Assembly: GCA_021791545.1 (NCBI GenBank) | Contig: JAJYWL010000016.1 | Coordinates: 155,704 to 219,703, forward strand | DNA length: 64,000 bases | Reading direction: 5' to 3' | DNA from: a bacterium | Lineage (GTDB): Bacteria > Patescibacteriota > Microgenomatia > Levybacterales > UBA12049 | Shown: positions 9,589 to 19,372 of the stretch, piece after piece | Layout: each line of letters begins with the position of its first letter | Position numbering within the stretch: the first letter of the stretch is position 1 | Program-made: the position numbers and the translations under genes | Notes under the pieces: generated by a model | The model's input: the letters and a program-made list of their open reading frames with translations, nothing else | The model's database searches: none | What the model was told of the DNA's origin: nothing

Positions 9589-9696
9589 ATGAAAGACAAC
9601 CTATATACCGTTTTTAAATATTTTGCTATAGGAATGAGTATCGCAGGTATAGGCGTTCTAATTGCGGTTATAGGATTTCTTCTTACTCATCATTAA
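9589..9696 (+). CDS. Small 35-aa single-TM protein
   Basis: MKDNLYTVFKYFAIGMSIAGIGVLIAVIGFLLTHH; TATACT 6 nt upstream. Confidence 0.55.
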   Translation: MKDNLYTVFKYFAIGMSIAGIGVLIAVIGFLLTHH

Positions 9697-9715
9697 CTAA
9701 TGCTACAATAAGTAA

Positions 9716-10363
9716 ATGTTAAAGAAACTTCTTTTATTTTTAATCTTTTTCTCTTTGGGAGTTGCTCTTGTCTTTGTGGCAGATTTTATGGTTTCGAATA
9801 ATACGATCCAGAAATTAAACCCTGCAATCAAAAGTAAATTTTCGATAGATAATCCTCCTTCTGATTCTCTAAAGGGAGAAATTTCTTCTCTTTCCGGAAC
9901 TGTTTCTTTTCAGCCAAGGTCCAAGGATTATGCAACTTTAATAAATGCACCCGTTGAAATTCTTCAGGGAGAGGATTTAAATACCGGAGGAAACGGGAGC
10001 GCAACGGTTATATTCGACAGGATAGGGGAAATATCACTTTCCGAAAATACACAAATAAGTTTTATACAGACTCTTCCACAGAATTTTGTGATATCACAAA
10101 AACAAGGAATTGCAACTTTTCAAAAAACAGGGAATATTCCATTTAGTGTAAGGGGACTCGATTTACTTATAAATCTGGAAAGCGGTAAGGTAAGTGTCAA
10201 TGTAGATTCCGATAATTCGATAATAACTGTAGATGTTTTGGAGGGGTCAGTAAGTGCGGCTTTTAACGATACCGATAATTTGAGTAATGTAATAACAATC
10301 GAGTCTCCAAGAAGATATATTTTTAATAACAATACCAAGAAGGGGAGAATAAGCTATTTATAA
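9716..10363 (+). CDS. FecR-domain-like secreted or membrane protein
   Basis: N-terminal TM; GEDLNTGGNGSATVIF..ISLSENTQI and VLEGSV beta-rich pattern. Confidence 0.6.
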   Translation: MLKKLLLFLIFFSLGVALVFVADFMVSNNTIQKLNPAIKSKFSIDNPPSDSLKGEISSLSGTVSFQPRSKDYATLINAPVEILQGEDLNTGGNGSATVIFDRIGEISLSENTQISFIQTLPQNFVISQKQGIATFQKTGNIPFSVRGLDLLINLESGKVSVNVDSDNSIITVDVLEGSVSAAFNDTDNLSNVITIESPRRYIFNNNTKKGRISYL

Positions 10364-11496
10364 CCCTCAAGTGGAGAAAGCATATTATCTCCTTCGTACC
10401 CTAATGCCCAGATTGCAATTCCTCCGAGACTCAAATCATTTGCAAACTTAACTTTTTTTTCGGTCGAGTTTTTATCCGGGTAAAACATTATGTGATAATC
10501 CTGGGTGTAATCATCGTAGTAGGAGATATATGATTCTTCGGCACTTTTATCCAAAACTGCACTGCAGGAGGAGCAGGTGGTAAGAAGTTCTTCCGCTCTT
10601 CTGTTACTTACGACAACTCCCGTACTTGGAATTATTGCAGATCTTGGAACAGGACTTAGTGCTTCCCATTCATATCCATAGGTCGGAACTCCGAGGATTA
10701 ACTTCTGAGCGGGCATTATCTCTAATGCTTTTTCGATAGCTGCCTGGACATCAAATTCAGACTCTGTCCCTGCTCCCAAAAGCGGCGCAACTGGACCCGT
10801 AACAAAAGAGTCAGTTGAATGATAGTCGTAAGTCATGATTACAATCTTATCTGCAATTTTTGAAACGGCGACAGGATCGATAAGATAGGGTTTAACTACG
10901 TCTATGGAAGTAATCTCAACTGTTAAAGTCTGGGAGGGTTTCAAGTTGTTTTTTACTTCCTGGATAAATTTCGTAAAGTTTTCCCTTGCAGAAGTTGAGG
11001 CCTGGGAAGTATATTCGATATCAATATTTAAATCGGTAAATCCGTATCTGTCCATTATCGGTTCAACATCAGAAACCAGATTTCTTGCATTTCTTACGGG
11101 GTTTTCTACTAAAGCATTTATTGAATCTACGTTTCCGTTTGAGATTAAAAGTGAAAGATTTTCATCACTATTTTTTGCATCTTGTAAAAACTTATCAACT
11201 TTTCCTGTGTCCAGAGCATTCCAACCCAGCTCTTTTTCCGTAGGACTGTTATATCTCATTATTTTCCCGTCCGTCCCTACTTTTAATCCGAAATAGGTGA
11301 GTGTGTTTATATATTTTGAATAATCTTTATCTGCCTTATCCAAAAGCCAATAGGGTAAAAATCCTATAACTTCTTTTTTAGGAGAAAGGGGGTTAATGGG
11401 AGTTATTGTGTTAGTCCTGGGTGAATAGGAGAGCGCTGTGTAAGTTACACCAACTCCCAAAAGTATTCCAAAAAGTGCTATGAGAAGTTTCCTCAT
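10354..11496 (-). CDS. Glycoside hydrolase family 18
   Basis: DLNIDIE catalytic motif, IMTYDYH, GPVAPL, LGVPTYGY and GIAIWALG. Confidence 0.9.
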   Translation of the reverse strand: MRKLLIALFGILLGVGVTYTALSYSPRTNTITPINPLSPKKEVIGFLPYWLLDKADKDYSKYINTLTYFGLKVGTDGKIMRYNSPTEKELGWNALDTGKVDKFLQDAKNSDENLSLLISNGNVDSINALVENPVRNARNLVSDVEPIMDRYGFTDLNIDIEYTSQASTSARENFTKFIQEVKNNLKPSQTLTVEITSIDVVKPYLIDPVAVSKIADKIVIMTYDYHSTDSFVTGPVAPLLGAGTESEFDVQAAIEKALEIMPAQKLILGVPTYGYEWEALSPVPRSAIIPSTGVVVSNRRAEELLTTCSSCSAVLDKSAEESYISYYDDYTQDYHIMFYPDKNSTEKKVKFANDLSLGGIAIWALGYEGDNMLSPLEGYK

Positions 11497-11579
11497 TTTT
11501 TTATTCTACCATTTTATCTAATTCTCTATTTCTTGAGAATTAAAGAATAATTTGCTACATTATTTTTAACCTATAGATT

Positions 11580-11876
11580 ATGGCAAATTACAGAAAACTT
11601 GAAAGAGTCGTCAAGGGGTTTTCAAACCATAGAAGAATTCAGATGCTTCAATTGGTTTCGGATAATCCGGATCTTTCTCTTTATGAGATATCGGGAAAAT
11701 TAAAAATAAACTTCAAGACTGCCAGTGAGCATTTAAGAAGACTTACGGTTTCGGGGCTTATTTCCAAAAGAAGCGAGGGCTCTTTTGTTCACCATAAGAT
11801 CTCCCAAAGAGGAAAAACAATTTTGAGGTTTCTTAAGAAACTTGAGTATAAGATAGACGAGAAAGAATTGAATTAA
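11580..11876 (+). CDS. ArsR-family winged-helix regulator
   Basis: KGFSNHRRIQML...TASEHLRRL...GLI pattern. Confidence 0.8.
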   Translation: MANYRKLERVVKGFSNHRRIQMLQLVSDNPDLSLYEISGKLKINFKTASEHLRRLTVSGLISKRSEGSFVHHKISQRGKTILRFLKKLEYKIDEKELN

Positions 11877-12977
11877 TTATTTCTCCCAGGGGAATTCTTC
11901 TCTTCCGAAATGTCCGTAAGAAGAAGTTGGAAGATAAATAGGTCTTTGTAAATCCAAGGTTTTTATTATTCCCTCAACAGAAGTATTTAGAGTTTCCCTC
12001 ATAAAATCCAATATAACTTTTTTATCCACTCTTTCGGTCCCAAAGGTTTCTACATCAAGCATTGATGGCTGCCTGCCTCCTATGAAATATGCAATTCTTA
12101 CTTCTGCTTTGTCTGCCAAATCTTCTCTTACTATATGTTTTGCAAGATATCTTGCTCCATAAGCAGCAGACCTATCTACTTTCGTAGGATCCTTACCGGA
12201 GAATGCTCCTCCTCCTACTCTTGCGTATCCTCCATATGTATCGACGATAATTTTTCTTCCTGTTACTCCCGTATCGCTTGCGGGTCCGCCTTTATGCCAA
12301 ACCCCAGTTCCATTTACAATTAAATCTTTGTCTTCAATTTTAAATCCGAACTCATCAAGTATTACAGATACTACTTTATTCTTTAGGCTATCTTTAACTT
12401 CGGAAAGACCTACTTTTTCATCATGAGGAACACCAATTACTACCTGCTGTATTCCGACAGGTACCCCGTTTTTGTATTCAACTGTTACTTGGGTTTTTCC
12501 GTCGGGCCTTAAGAAGGGAAGTACCCCTTTTTCCCTAACTTCGTCTACTTTTTGTGCAAGTCTATGAGCAAGAGTTATGGGAAGAGGCATTAAGGTATTT
12601 GTTTCGTTGCAGGCAAAACCAAACATCATTCCCTGATCTCCTGCTCCTTCTTCGTCTACTCCTTTTGAAATTTCGGGAGATTGTTCATGGACATAGACTT
12701 CTACATCGCTTTTTTCCCCGAAGTCGTAGTAGGAATCCGTATAACCTAAGTCTTCAATTCTTTTTCTGGCTATTTTTTCATAGTCTACTTTTGCATTTGC
12801 GGTTACTTCTCCTGCAATGACAACTTTGTTAAAAGTAACGAGGGTCTCTACTGCAACTCTTCCTTTTTTGTCCTGTCTTAAAACTTCGTCAAGAATTGAA
12901 TCACTTATTGAGTCGCAAATTTTGTCGGGATGTCCTGCGCAGACAGATTCTGATGTAAAAATATAATCGTTAGTCAT
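11877..12977 (-). CDS. metK: S-adenosylmethionine synthetase
   Basis: FTSESV.AGHPDKICD, GAGDQG and GGGAFSGKD. True start is ATG 12977 (MTNDYIF); the longer ORF-track start lies inside the riboswitch. Confidence 0.97.
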   Translation of the reverse strand: MTNDYIFTSESVCAGHPDKICDSISDSILDEVLRQDKKGRVAVETLVTFNKVVIAGEVTANAKVDYEKIARKRIEDLGYTDSYYDFGEKSDVEVYVHEQSPEISKGVDEEGAGDQGMMFGFACNETNTLMPLPITLAHRLAQKVDEVREKGVLPFLRPDGKTQVTVEYKNGVPVGIQQVVIGVPHDEKVGLSEVKDSLKNKVVSVILDEFGFKIEDKDLIVNGTGVWHKGGPASDTGVTGRKIIVDTYGGYARVGGGAFSGKDPTKVDRSAAYGARYLAKHIVREDLADKAEVRIAYFIGGRQPSMLDVETFGTERVDKKVILDFMRETLNTSVEGIIKTLDLQRPIYLPTSSYGHFGREEFPWEK

Positions 12978-13004
12978 AAAAAAACCTCTCATCAAAAGAG
13001 AGGT
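12978..13004 (-). terminator. Intrinsic terminator (riboswitch expression platform)
   Basis: Minus strand ACCUCUC-UUUUGAU-GAGAGGU followed by U6, directly before the metK AUG. Confidence 0.8.
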
Positions 13005-13006
13005 AA

Positions 13007-13096
13007 TAAAGACTTGTCTTTTGACCTCATCTTCCTCCCGGAATGGCACCGCTAGTCTTTCGGTTGCCGCCCTACTAAGTAGGGTCTCTTGATGAT
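13007..13096 (-). ncRNA. SAM riboswitch, SAM-I/IV-type architecture
   Basis: Minus-strand core UCAUCAAGAG...CGGCAACC...GGUGCCAUUCC..GGAAGAUGA; short P2; P5 GUC-AAAA-GAC; L3 AAAGACU complementary to 3' AGUCUUU; located upstream of metK. Confidence 0.85.
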
Positions 13097-13102
13097 TTAT
13101 CT

Positions 13103-13132
13103 ATTAAAACAAAAAAGGATAAGTTAAGTCAA
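13103..13132 (-). promoter_or_regulatory. Sigma70-type promoter for the riboswitch and metK
   Basis: TTGACT-18 nt-TTTAAT on the minus strand. Confidence 0.55.
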
Positions 13133-13136
13133 GAGA

Positions 13137-14570
13137 TTATCCAATTCTTGGGAAAAGAGGAGTACTGCTTTTTATTTCCGAAGACTCATATTGTTCTTCA
13201 ATCTTTTCTGCTGTTTCTGGTAAGAAGGGTTTAAGAAAGTAAGCAATTTCTTTTATCTGTTCTACGGAATGTTTTAATACACCATGTACTTTTTCGTCAT
13301 TGTTTTTAACTAGTTCCCAAGGTTTTTCTTCATTTATGAATTTATCCGCTTCTGATATTTTTTCCCAGACAAAAGAAAGGGCATCGTTGAACCTTAGTTC
13401 ATTAAGGGCTTTTTCGTAAGCTTCATCTATCTCAAAAGTTTTACCCGGCTCATTTTTAAAGCCTGAATTTTCGCAAAGTCTTGCAACTCTTGCAACGAGA
13501 TTTCCGAGACCGTTTGCAAGATCGGAATTATATACTTCAATTAATTTTTTCTCGGAAAAATCACCGTCCTGGAAAGGAGATATCTGAGACAAAAGATAAT
13601 ACCTCAATGCGTCAGCTCCGTATTTTTCTATAAAATCCAATGGATCTGCGACATTTCCTAAAGTCTTGGACATTTTCTGTCCGTCTACTGTGAAGTATCC
13701 ATGGACAAAAATTGCTTTTGGTAAGGGAAGATCTGCGGAAAGAAGAAATGCAGGCCAATAAACCGCATGGAATCTTATTATTCCTTTTCCTATTACATGT
13801 AAGTCAGCCGGCCACCATTTTTTGTATTCTTTATCGTCCCACCCAAAACCTACACCCGATTGGTAGATGTTAAGAGCATCAAACCAGACATACATACGCT
13901 GGTTTGGATCATTGGGAACTTCTACGCCCCAGTCTTTTGCTCTTTTATTCGTTCTCGAAATACTTATATCTTGTAAACCTTCTTTTAGGAAAGCCAGAAC
14001 TTCATTTTTTCTGAAAGAGGGGATTATCTTTATCTCGTCTTTTTCAATCAATTCCTTTATCTTATCCTGATATCTTGAAAGCTTAAAGAAATAATTTTCC
14101 TCGCTCACTTCTTCCAATGGCTTTCCAGGATGCTCAAAGCATTCTCCTTTTTCGTTTAATTCACTTTTTTCATAGAAGAGTTCGCAGCCTACGCAATAAA
14201 GACCCGTATATGTTTTTTTGTAGATATCTCCGTTTTTAAAACATCTTTCCCAAAGCTCTTGTGAAGATTTTTTATGTTGGTCGCTACTTCCTCTTTCAAA
14301 GACGTCAAATTCTATGTTTAATTTCTTTGCTAAGTTCTCAAAAAGTTTTGAATTCTTGTCTACTAATTCCTGTACAGAAATACCTTCGTTTTCTGCAGCC
14401 TGTACATTTTTCAATGCATTCTCGTCGGAGCCCGAAAGAAGTCTTGCGTCGTCTCCTTTTAACTGATGGAACCTTTTTATTACATCTGCCTGTACAAATT
14501 CCAGGGCATGACCTACGTGAGGCTTTGCATTTACATAAGGAATTGCTGTTGTTAAATAATATTTGTTCAT
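13137..14570 (-). CDS. metG: Methionyl-tRNA synthetase (short form)
   Basis: TTAIPYVNAKPHVGH, YVWFDAL and KMSKT. Confidence 0.97.
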   Translation of the reverse strand: MNKYYLTTAIPYVNAKPHVGHALEFVQADVIKRFHQLKGDDARLLSGSDENALKNVQAAENEGISVQELVDKNSKLFENLAKKLNIEFDVFERGSSDQHKKSSQELWERCFKNGDIYKKTYTGLYCVGCELFYEKSELNEKGECFEHPGKPLEEVSEENYFFKLSRYQDKIKELIEKDEIKIIPSFRKNEVLAFLKEGLQDISISRTNKRAKDWGVEVPNDPNQRMYVWFDALNIYQSGVGFGWDDKEYKKWWPADLHVIGKGIIRFHAVYWPAFLLSADLPLPKAIFVHGYFTVDGQKMSKTLGNVADPLDFIEKYGADALRYYLLSQISPFQDGDFSEKKLIEVYNSDLANGLGNLVARVARLCENSGFKNEPGKTFEIDEAYEKALNELRFNDALSFVWEKISEADKFINEEKPWELVKNNDEKVHGVLKHSVEQIKEIAYFLKPFLPETAEKIEEQYESSEIKSSTPLFPRIG

Positions 14571-14593
14571 GTTAGCTTCGATTATACCAGAAA

Positions 14594-14926
14594 TTACCTT
14601 CGTTTTACGAAGAACAGTTCTTCAATGAAAAGAAGGATTAAAAGAAGGATGATGAAAAAAGGGTGTGCAAGTTTAATAAGGAAAAGATACATTACGATCA
14701 CCACAAACAAAGAAAAGAAAAGACTTCTTCTTAAATTTTTGAAAATAAAGGCAAAAAGGTAAAAAAGAAAAAGAAAAAGAAGAATAAAAAAGAGAGGGAT
14801 AATCGAAATTGCGAAATTTGAAATATTGAATTGGAAGCTTGGAGGAAAATTCAAGACAAAGTAGGAGAGAATAAGTAGGAAAAGTAAGCTAAGAAATAGG
14901 TGAAGTAATCTTTTTCGGTTTCTCAC
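14594..14926 (-). CDS. Hypothetical 4-TM membrane protein
   Basis: Highly hydrophobic 110-aa ORF; TAAACT 6 nt before the GTG. Confidence 0.65.
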   Translation of the reverse strand: MRNRKRLLHLFLSLLFLLILSYFVLNFPPSFQFNISNFAISIIPLFFILLFLFLFYLFAFIFKNLRRSLFFSLFVVIVMYLFLIKLAHPFFIILLLILLFIEELFFVKRR

Positions 14927-14962
14927 AAGTTAAGTTTATCAAAAATATAGTAAAAATACCTC

Positions 14963-14999
14963 TTGACAACAATTGGCAGTCTTGTTATCATATTGCTAA
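14963..14999 (+). promoter_or_regulatory. hrcA promoter overlapped by a CIRCE operator
   Basis: TTGACA(14963)-17 nt-TATCAT; TTGGCAGTC-N9-TATTGCTAA (14973-14999) versus consensus TTAGCACTC-N9-GAGTGCTAA. Confidence 0.8.
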
Positions 15000-15025
15000 T
15001 TCCAAGCTCAAAAAGCTTTAATATT

Positions 15026-15757
15026 ATGCACGATTTAACTCAAAGACAGGTTGAAATTTTAAAGAGCCTAATTGAGGAATACATTGAAACGGCCGAACCG
15101 GTTGGTTCCGAAACTCTGGAAAAAAAGCATAATTTAAGCGCAAGCCCTGCAACCATAAGAAATGAAATGGTTAAGCTTGAAGAACTTGGGTACCTTAAAA
15201 AAGGACACGTCTCTGCTGGAAGAGTTCCTACTCCTGAAGGAATGAAGTTTTATGTAAAACAATTAATGAAGGAAAAGGAACTTTCCGTAACAGAAGAAGT
15301 TGCTCTAAAAGAAAAAGTCTGGGATCTAAGAGACCAGGAAAGAAAGTTTTTGAAGGAAATAACAAGAGCTTTGGCGGAAAAATCTAAAGCACTTGCTGTA
15401 ACAAGTACAAGTGACGGAGAACTTTTCTGTGCAGGATATGCAAATATCCTCGATATGCCGGAGTTTTTTGATATCGATATAACAAAGACACTCCTTTCGG
15501 CAATCGACCAGTCGGAATATCTTAACGAGATATTCACAGGACAGGTAGATGACGAAGATATACATGTCCTCTTGGGAGATGAATTGGGACCAAGACTTAA
15601 AGGACCTTACGGTTTTGTATTCACAAGATATGAAACTCCTATGCATATGGCAGGAGAAATCGGAGTCTTAGGACCATCAAGACTTAACTATACATATATA
15701 GTGCCTACCGTAAGATATTTTGGAAATCTTATAGAAGAAATTGCTAAAGGATGGTAG
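15026..15757 (+). CDS. hrcA: Heat-inducible transcription repressor HrcA
   Basis: LTQRQ..IL..LIEEYI.TAEPVGS, SPATIRNEM and HVSAGRVPT; start at ATG 15026. Confidence 0.95.
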   Translation: MHDLTQRQVEILKSLIEEYIETAEPVGSETLEKKHNLSASPATIRNEMVKLEELGYLKKGHVSAGRVPTPEGMKFYVKQLMKEKELSVTEEVALKEKVWDLRDQERKFLKEITRALAEKSKALAVTSTSDGELFCAGYANILDMPEFFDIDITKTLLSAIDQSEYLNEIFTGQVDDEDIHVLLGDELGPRLKGPYGFVFTRYETPMHMAGEIGVLGPSRLNYTYIVPTVRYFGNLIEEIAKGW

Positions 15758-15759
15758 GA

Positions 15760-16224
15760 ATGAATAAAAAACATGAAGAAACTGACAAAGAAAATACAAA
15801 AGATAACGAAGAAGAACTTTTAAAAGTAAAAGAGGATTTGGAAAACCAGCTTAAAAGAAGTGTGGCTGACTACCAAAACCTAGAAAAAAGAATTGCGGGA
15901 GAAAAATCCAGTTGGATAAGAACCGCAAATAAAGATTTGATATTAAGACTTTTGCCCGGAATTGATAATCTTTTCCTGGCAGAAAAACATACTCAAGATG
16001 AGGGTGTAAAAATATCAATTGCACATTTTATAGATATATTAAAAGGTGAGGGAGTAGAAAAAATCGAAGCCGTAGGACACGATTTCGACCCTGTTCTTAT
16101 GGAGGCAGTAGGAACTGCCGCAGGAGAAGAGGGAAAAGTATTAGAAGAGACAAAAGCAGGATATAAACTTTTTGACGAAGTATTAAGACCTGCACAAGTA
16201 ATTGTAGGAAAGAGAGAAAATTAA
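15760..16224 (+). CDS. grpE: Nucleotide exchange factor GrpE
   Basis: ADYQNLEKR, FDP, GY...VLRPAQV; position between hrcA and dnaK. Confidence 0.95.
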   Translation: MNKKHEETDKENTKDNEEELLKVKEDLENQLKRSVADYQNLEKRIAGEKSSWIRTANKDLILRLLPGIDNLFLAEKHTQDEGVKISIAHFIDILKGEGVEKIEAVGHDFDPVLMEAVGTAAGEEGKVLEETKAGYKLFDEVLRPAQVIVGKREN

Positions 16225-16236
16225 TAAAATATAAAT

Positions 16237-18135
16237 ATGGGAAAAATAATTGGAATTGATTTAGGAACAACAAATTCATGTGTAGCCGTAATGGAAGGTG
16301 GATCACCAAAAGTAATCCACTCGGCCGAGGGAAGAAATGTAATCCCATCGGTTGTAGATCCGGTTACTCATGTTGTCGGAGACGTTGCAAAAAGACAGAT
16401 TGTCCTTAAGCCAAAAGAGACAATATTCTCTATAAAAAGGCTTATGGGAAAGAAATTTAGCGATGAATCCGTTCAAAACGACATGAAATGGCTTCCATAT
16501 ACGATTAAGTCCGGAAGAGACGGAATGGCAGTTGTTGAAGTCGAGGGAAAACAATATACACCCCAGGAAGTATCCGCAATGATTCTTCAGAAAATTAAAA
16601 ACGATGCAGAGAGCTATCTCGGATCAAAAGTAACTCAGGCCGTTATTACGGTCCCCGCATATTTTGACGATTCACAAAGACAGGCAACAAAACAGGCAGG
16701 AGAAATTGCAGGGTTGGAAGTTATGAGAATAATCAATGAACCAACGGCAGCAGCACTTGCTTACGGACTTGATAAGAAAAATGCACACACAATTGCAGTC
16801 TATGATTTGGGTGGAGGAACATTTGATATCTCGATTCTTGAGCTTGGAGAAGGAGTTTATGAAGTTAAATCTACAAACGGAGATACTCATTTAGGAGGAG
16901 ACGATTTTGATCAGATAATTTTAAACTATATCGCCGACCAGTTCCAAAAAGAAAACGGAGTTGATTTAAGAAAAGATCCACAGGCTTTGCAAAGATTAAG
17001 AGAATCTGCTGAAAAAGCAAAGATAGAATTATCATCCGCTCAGGAAGCACAGATTAACCAACCCTTCATAACACAAGGACCTAACGGACCTTTGCATTTA
17101 ACGATGACTTTGGGAAGGCCACAACTAGAGCAGATTGTCGATGAATTAGTTCAAAAGACAATAAAACCAGTAGAGCAGGCATTAAAGGATGCAAAAGTAA
17201 CAGTAAAAGAAATAGACGAGGTGGTTCTTGTAGGAGGAATGACAAGAATGCCAAAAGTAATTGACGTAGTTACTAAATTCTTTGGAAAAGAACCTAACAA
17301 ATCCGTAAATCCTGACGAAGTAGTAGCAGTAGGAGCAGCAATTCAGGGAGGAGTCTTGGGAGGAGAAGTAAAAGATGTATTACTCTTGGACGTTACCCCA
17401 TTAACTTTAGGAATAGAAACTCTAGGAGGAGTATCTACTCCGTTAATAGAGAAAAATACGACCATTCCTGCTTCAAAGTCACAGGTATTTTCAACAGCAG
17501 CAGATAATCAGACACAGGTAGAAATAAACGTCTTACAGGGAGAAAGACCAATGGCAGCAGACAATAAATCTTTGGGAAGATTTGTTCTTGACGGAATTCC
17601 TCCTGCGCCAAGAGGTGTTCCTCAGGTCGAAGTCGAATTCGATATAGATGCAAACGGAATACTAAACGTTAAAGCAACAGATAAGGCAACAGGAAAAGCA
17701 CAAAGCATAAAGATAACCGGTTCCACAGGTCTCACAAAAGAAGAAGTAGAGAAAATGACAAAAGAGGCAGAAGCCCATGCCGCAGAAGACCAGGAGAAAA
17801 AAGCAAAGATAGAAGCAAGAAATCAGGCAGATTCACTTATATTTACAGCAGAAAAATCTCTTAAAGACGCAGGAGACAAAGTTCCCGCGGAATTAAAGAC
17901 AGAAATAGAAGGAAAGATTTCTGATCTTAAGGGAATCTTAGATTCGGGTTCTAAAGAGGATATTGAGGTAAAGACAAAAGAGCTTTCGGAATCACTCCAG
18001 AAAGTCGGAGCAAATATGTATCAACAGCAGGGACCTCAAGATCAACAAGCAGGAGAACAACCCGCCCAGGAAGCAAATCCTAATGCAGACGGACAGGCTA
18101 AAGAAGAACCTGTTGAGGGAGAAGTAGTAGAGTAA
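16237..18135 (+). CDS. dnaK: Chaperone DnaK
   Basis: [17 protein letters not shown] and DLGGGTFD. Confidence 0.99.
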   Translation: MGKIIGIDLGTTNSCVAVMEGGSPKVIHSAEGRNVIPSVVDPVTHVVGDVAKRQIVLKPKETIFSIKRLMGKKFSDESVQNDMKWLPYTIKSGRDGMAVVEVEGKQYTPQEVSAMILQKIKNDAESYLGSKVTQAVITVPAYFDDSQRQATKQAGEIAGLEVMRIINEPTAAALAYGLDKKNAHTIAVYDLGGGTFDISILELGEGVYEVKSTNGDTHLGGDDFDQIILNYIADQFQKENGVDLRKDPQALQRLRESAEKAKIELSSAQEAQINQPFITQGPNGPLHLTMTLGRPQLEQIVDELVQKTIKPVEQALKDAKVTVKEIDEVVLVGGMTRMPKVIDVVTKFFGKEPNKSVNPDEVVAVGAAIQGGVLGGEVKDVLLLDVTPLTLGIETLGGVSTPLIEKNTTIPASKSQVFSTAADNQTQVEINVLQGERPMAADNKSLGRFVLDGIPPAPRGVPQVEVEFDIDANGILNVKATDKATGKAQSIKITGSTGLTKEEVEKMTKEAEAHAAEDQEKKAKIEARNQADSLIFTAEKSLKDAGDKVPAELKTEIEGKISDLKGILDSGSKEDIEVKTKELSESLQKVGANMYQQQGPQDQQAGEQPAQEANPNADGQAKEEPVEGEVVE

Positions 18136-18160
18136 TTAAATATTTGAAAATAATAACTTT

Positions 18161-18184
18161 AAGGCGCATTAGTGCGCCTTTTAT
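18161..18184 (+). terminator. Hairpin terminator after dnaK
   Basis: AAGGCGCA-TTAG-TGCGCCTT followed by TTAT. Confidence 0.65.
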
Positions 18185-18198
18185 AATATAATACGGCT

Positions 18199-19080
18199 AT
18201 GGCATCTGAAGATTATTACAAAGTACTTGGAGTTTCAAAAAGTGCAACCGCGGAAGAAATAAAAAAAGCTTACAGGAAGCTTGCTCTTCAATATCATCCT
18301 GACAGAAATAAAACAAAAGAAGCTGCAGACAAATTTAAAGAAGTAAATAGGGCATATGAGGTTTTATCCGATTCTCAGAAAAGACAAACCTATGATCAGT
18401 TTGGCGCCGCAGCATTCGAACAAGGTGGGATGGGAGGAGCAGGAGGTCCGTTCGGTGGAGGCTTTGGCGGATACCAGCAAGGACCTTTCACCTACACATA
18501 TTCTTCGCAAGGTGGAGGTTTTGATTTCGGAGGATTTTCAGATCCATTTGAGATTTTCGAACAGTTTTTTGGTGGAGGAAATCCTTTTGGAGGAAGAACT
18601 CAAAGAAGACCTGCATATTCTTTAGCTATTGATTTCAATGATGCGGTCCATGGTGCAACTAAAAAAGTAACAATAGAGGGAAAGCAAAAAACTATAAAAA
18701 TTCCTGCAGGAGTTGATGACGGTTCAAGAATAAGATTTGATACTTACGACATTATTATTGCAGTAAGACCCGACGGTAAATTTAGAAGAGAGGGTTATGA
18801 CATTGTTATAGAAAAAGAAATATCTTTTTCTCAAGCAGCTTTAGGGGATCAGATAGAAGTAGATACAATAGATGGTCCTGTAAAAATAAAAATACCTTCG
18901 GGAACACAGCCCGAAACATTGATAAGACTTAAAGGAAGAGGAGTTAAATATGTAAGAGGTTCAGGAAAAGGTGACGAATATGTAAGGATAAAAGTTACAG
19001 TTCCTAAAAACCTTACATCAAAACAAAAAGAACTTCTTAAAGAATTTGACTCTTCAAAGAAAAAATCCGGTTGGTTTTAA
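18199..19080 (+). CDS. dnaJ: DnaJ-family co-chaperone lacking the Zn finger (class B)
   Basis: J domain with HPD, G/F-rich region and C-terminal domain; no CxxCxGxG repeats. Confidence 0.9.
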   Translation: MASEDYYKVLGVSKSATAEEIKKAYRKLALQYHPDRNKTKEAADKFKEVNRAYEVLSDSQKRQTYDQFGAAAFEQGGMGGAGGPFGGGFGGYQQGPFTYTYSSQGGGFDFGGFSDPFEIFEQFFGGGNPFGGRTQRRPAYSLAIDFNDAVHGATKKVTIEGKQKTIKIPAGVDDGSRIRFDTYDIIIAVRPDGKFRREGYDIVIEKEISFSQAALGDQIEVDTIDGPVKIKIPSGTQPETLIRLKGRGVKYVRGSGKGDEYVRIKVTVPKNLTSKQKELLKEFDSSKKKSGWF

Positions 19081-19173
19081 CCTCTAAATTTGTTATTTTC
19101 CTGTAATTTAAATATCAAGCATTTTTGGTGATTTTTGAGTAGGATTTAATCATAATAAAGGGAGGTGAGTTAA

Positions 19174-19371
19174 ATGTCAGTTAATATAGCAGATATTTCT
19201 GAATTAATTACACAGGAAGAAAAACAAGCTGAGAAATACGAAGAGTTAATAAAGAAGGCTCAAAATCAGGATTTTAAAAAACAGCTTGAAGAATTGAGAG
19301 ACCTTTCTGTTAAAAAATTAAACTTGTTAGTAAAGATAGTAAAAGAAGGTCCTTGGGGAAATTGGGAATAA
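19174..19371 (+). CDS. Small helical (ferritin-like) protein
   Basis: 65 aa with an ExxxxxxY pattern; strong SD AAGGGAGGTGA. Confidence 0.65.
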   Translation: MSVNIADISELITQEEKQAEKYEELIKKAQNQDFKKQLEELRDLSVKKLNLLVKIVKEGPWGNWE

Positions 19372-19372
19372 T

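Noticed and set aside
12978-13049. N-terminal extension of MetK in the ORF track
   Set aside because: It overlaps the riboswitch and terminator; homology starts at MTNDYIFTSES
14963-15025. TTG start of hrcA
   Set aside because: The TTG is the -35 box (TTGACA) and the region is promoter/CIRCE
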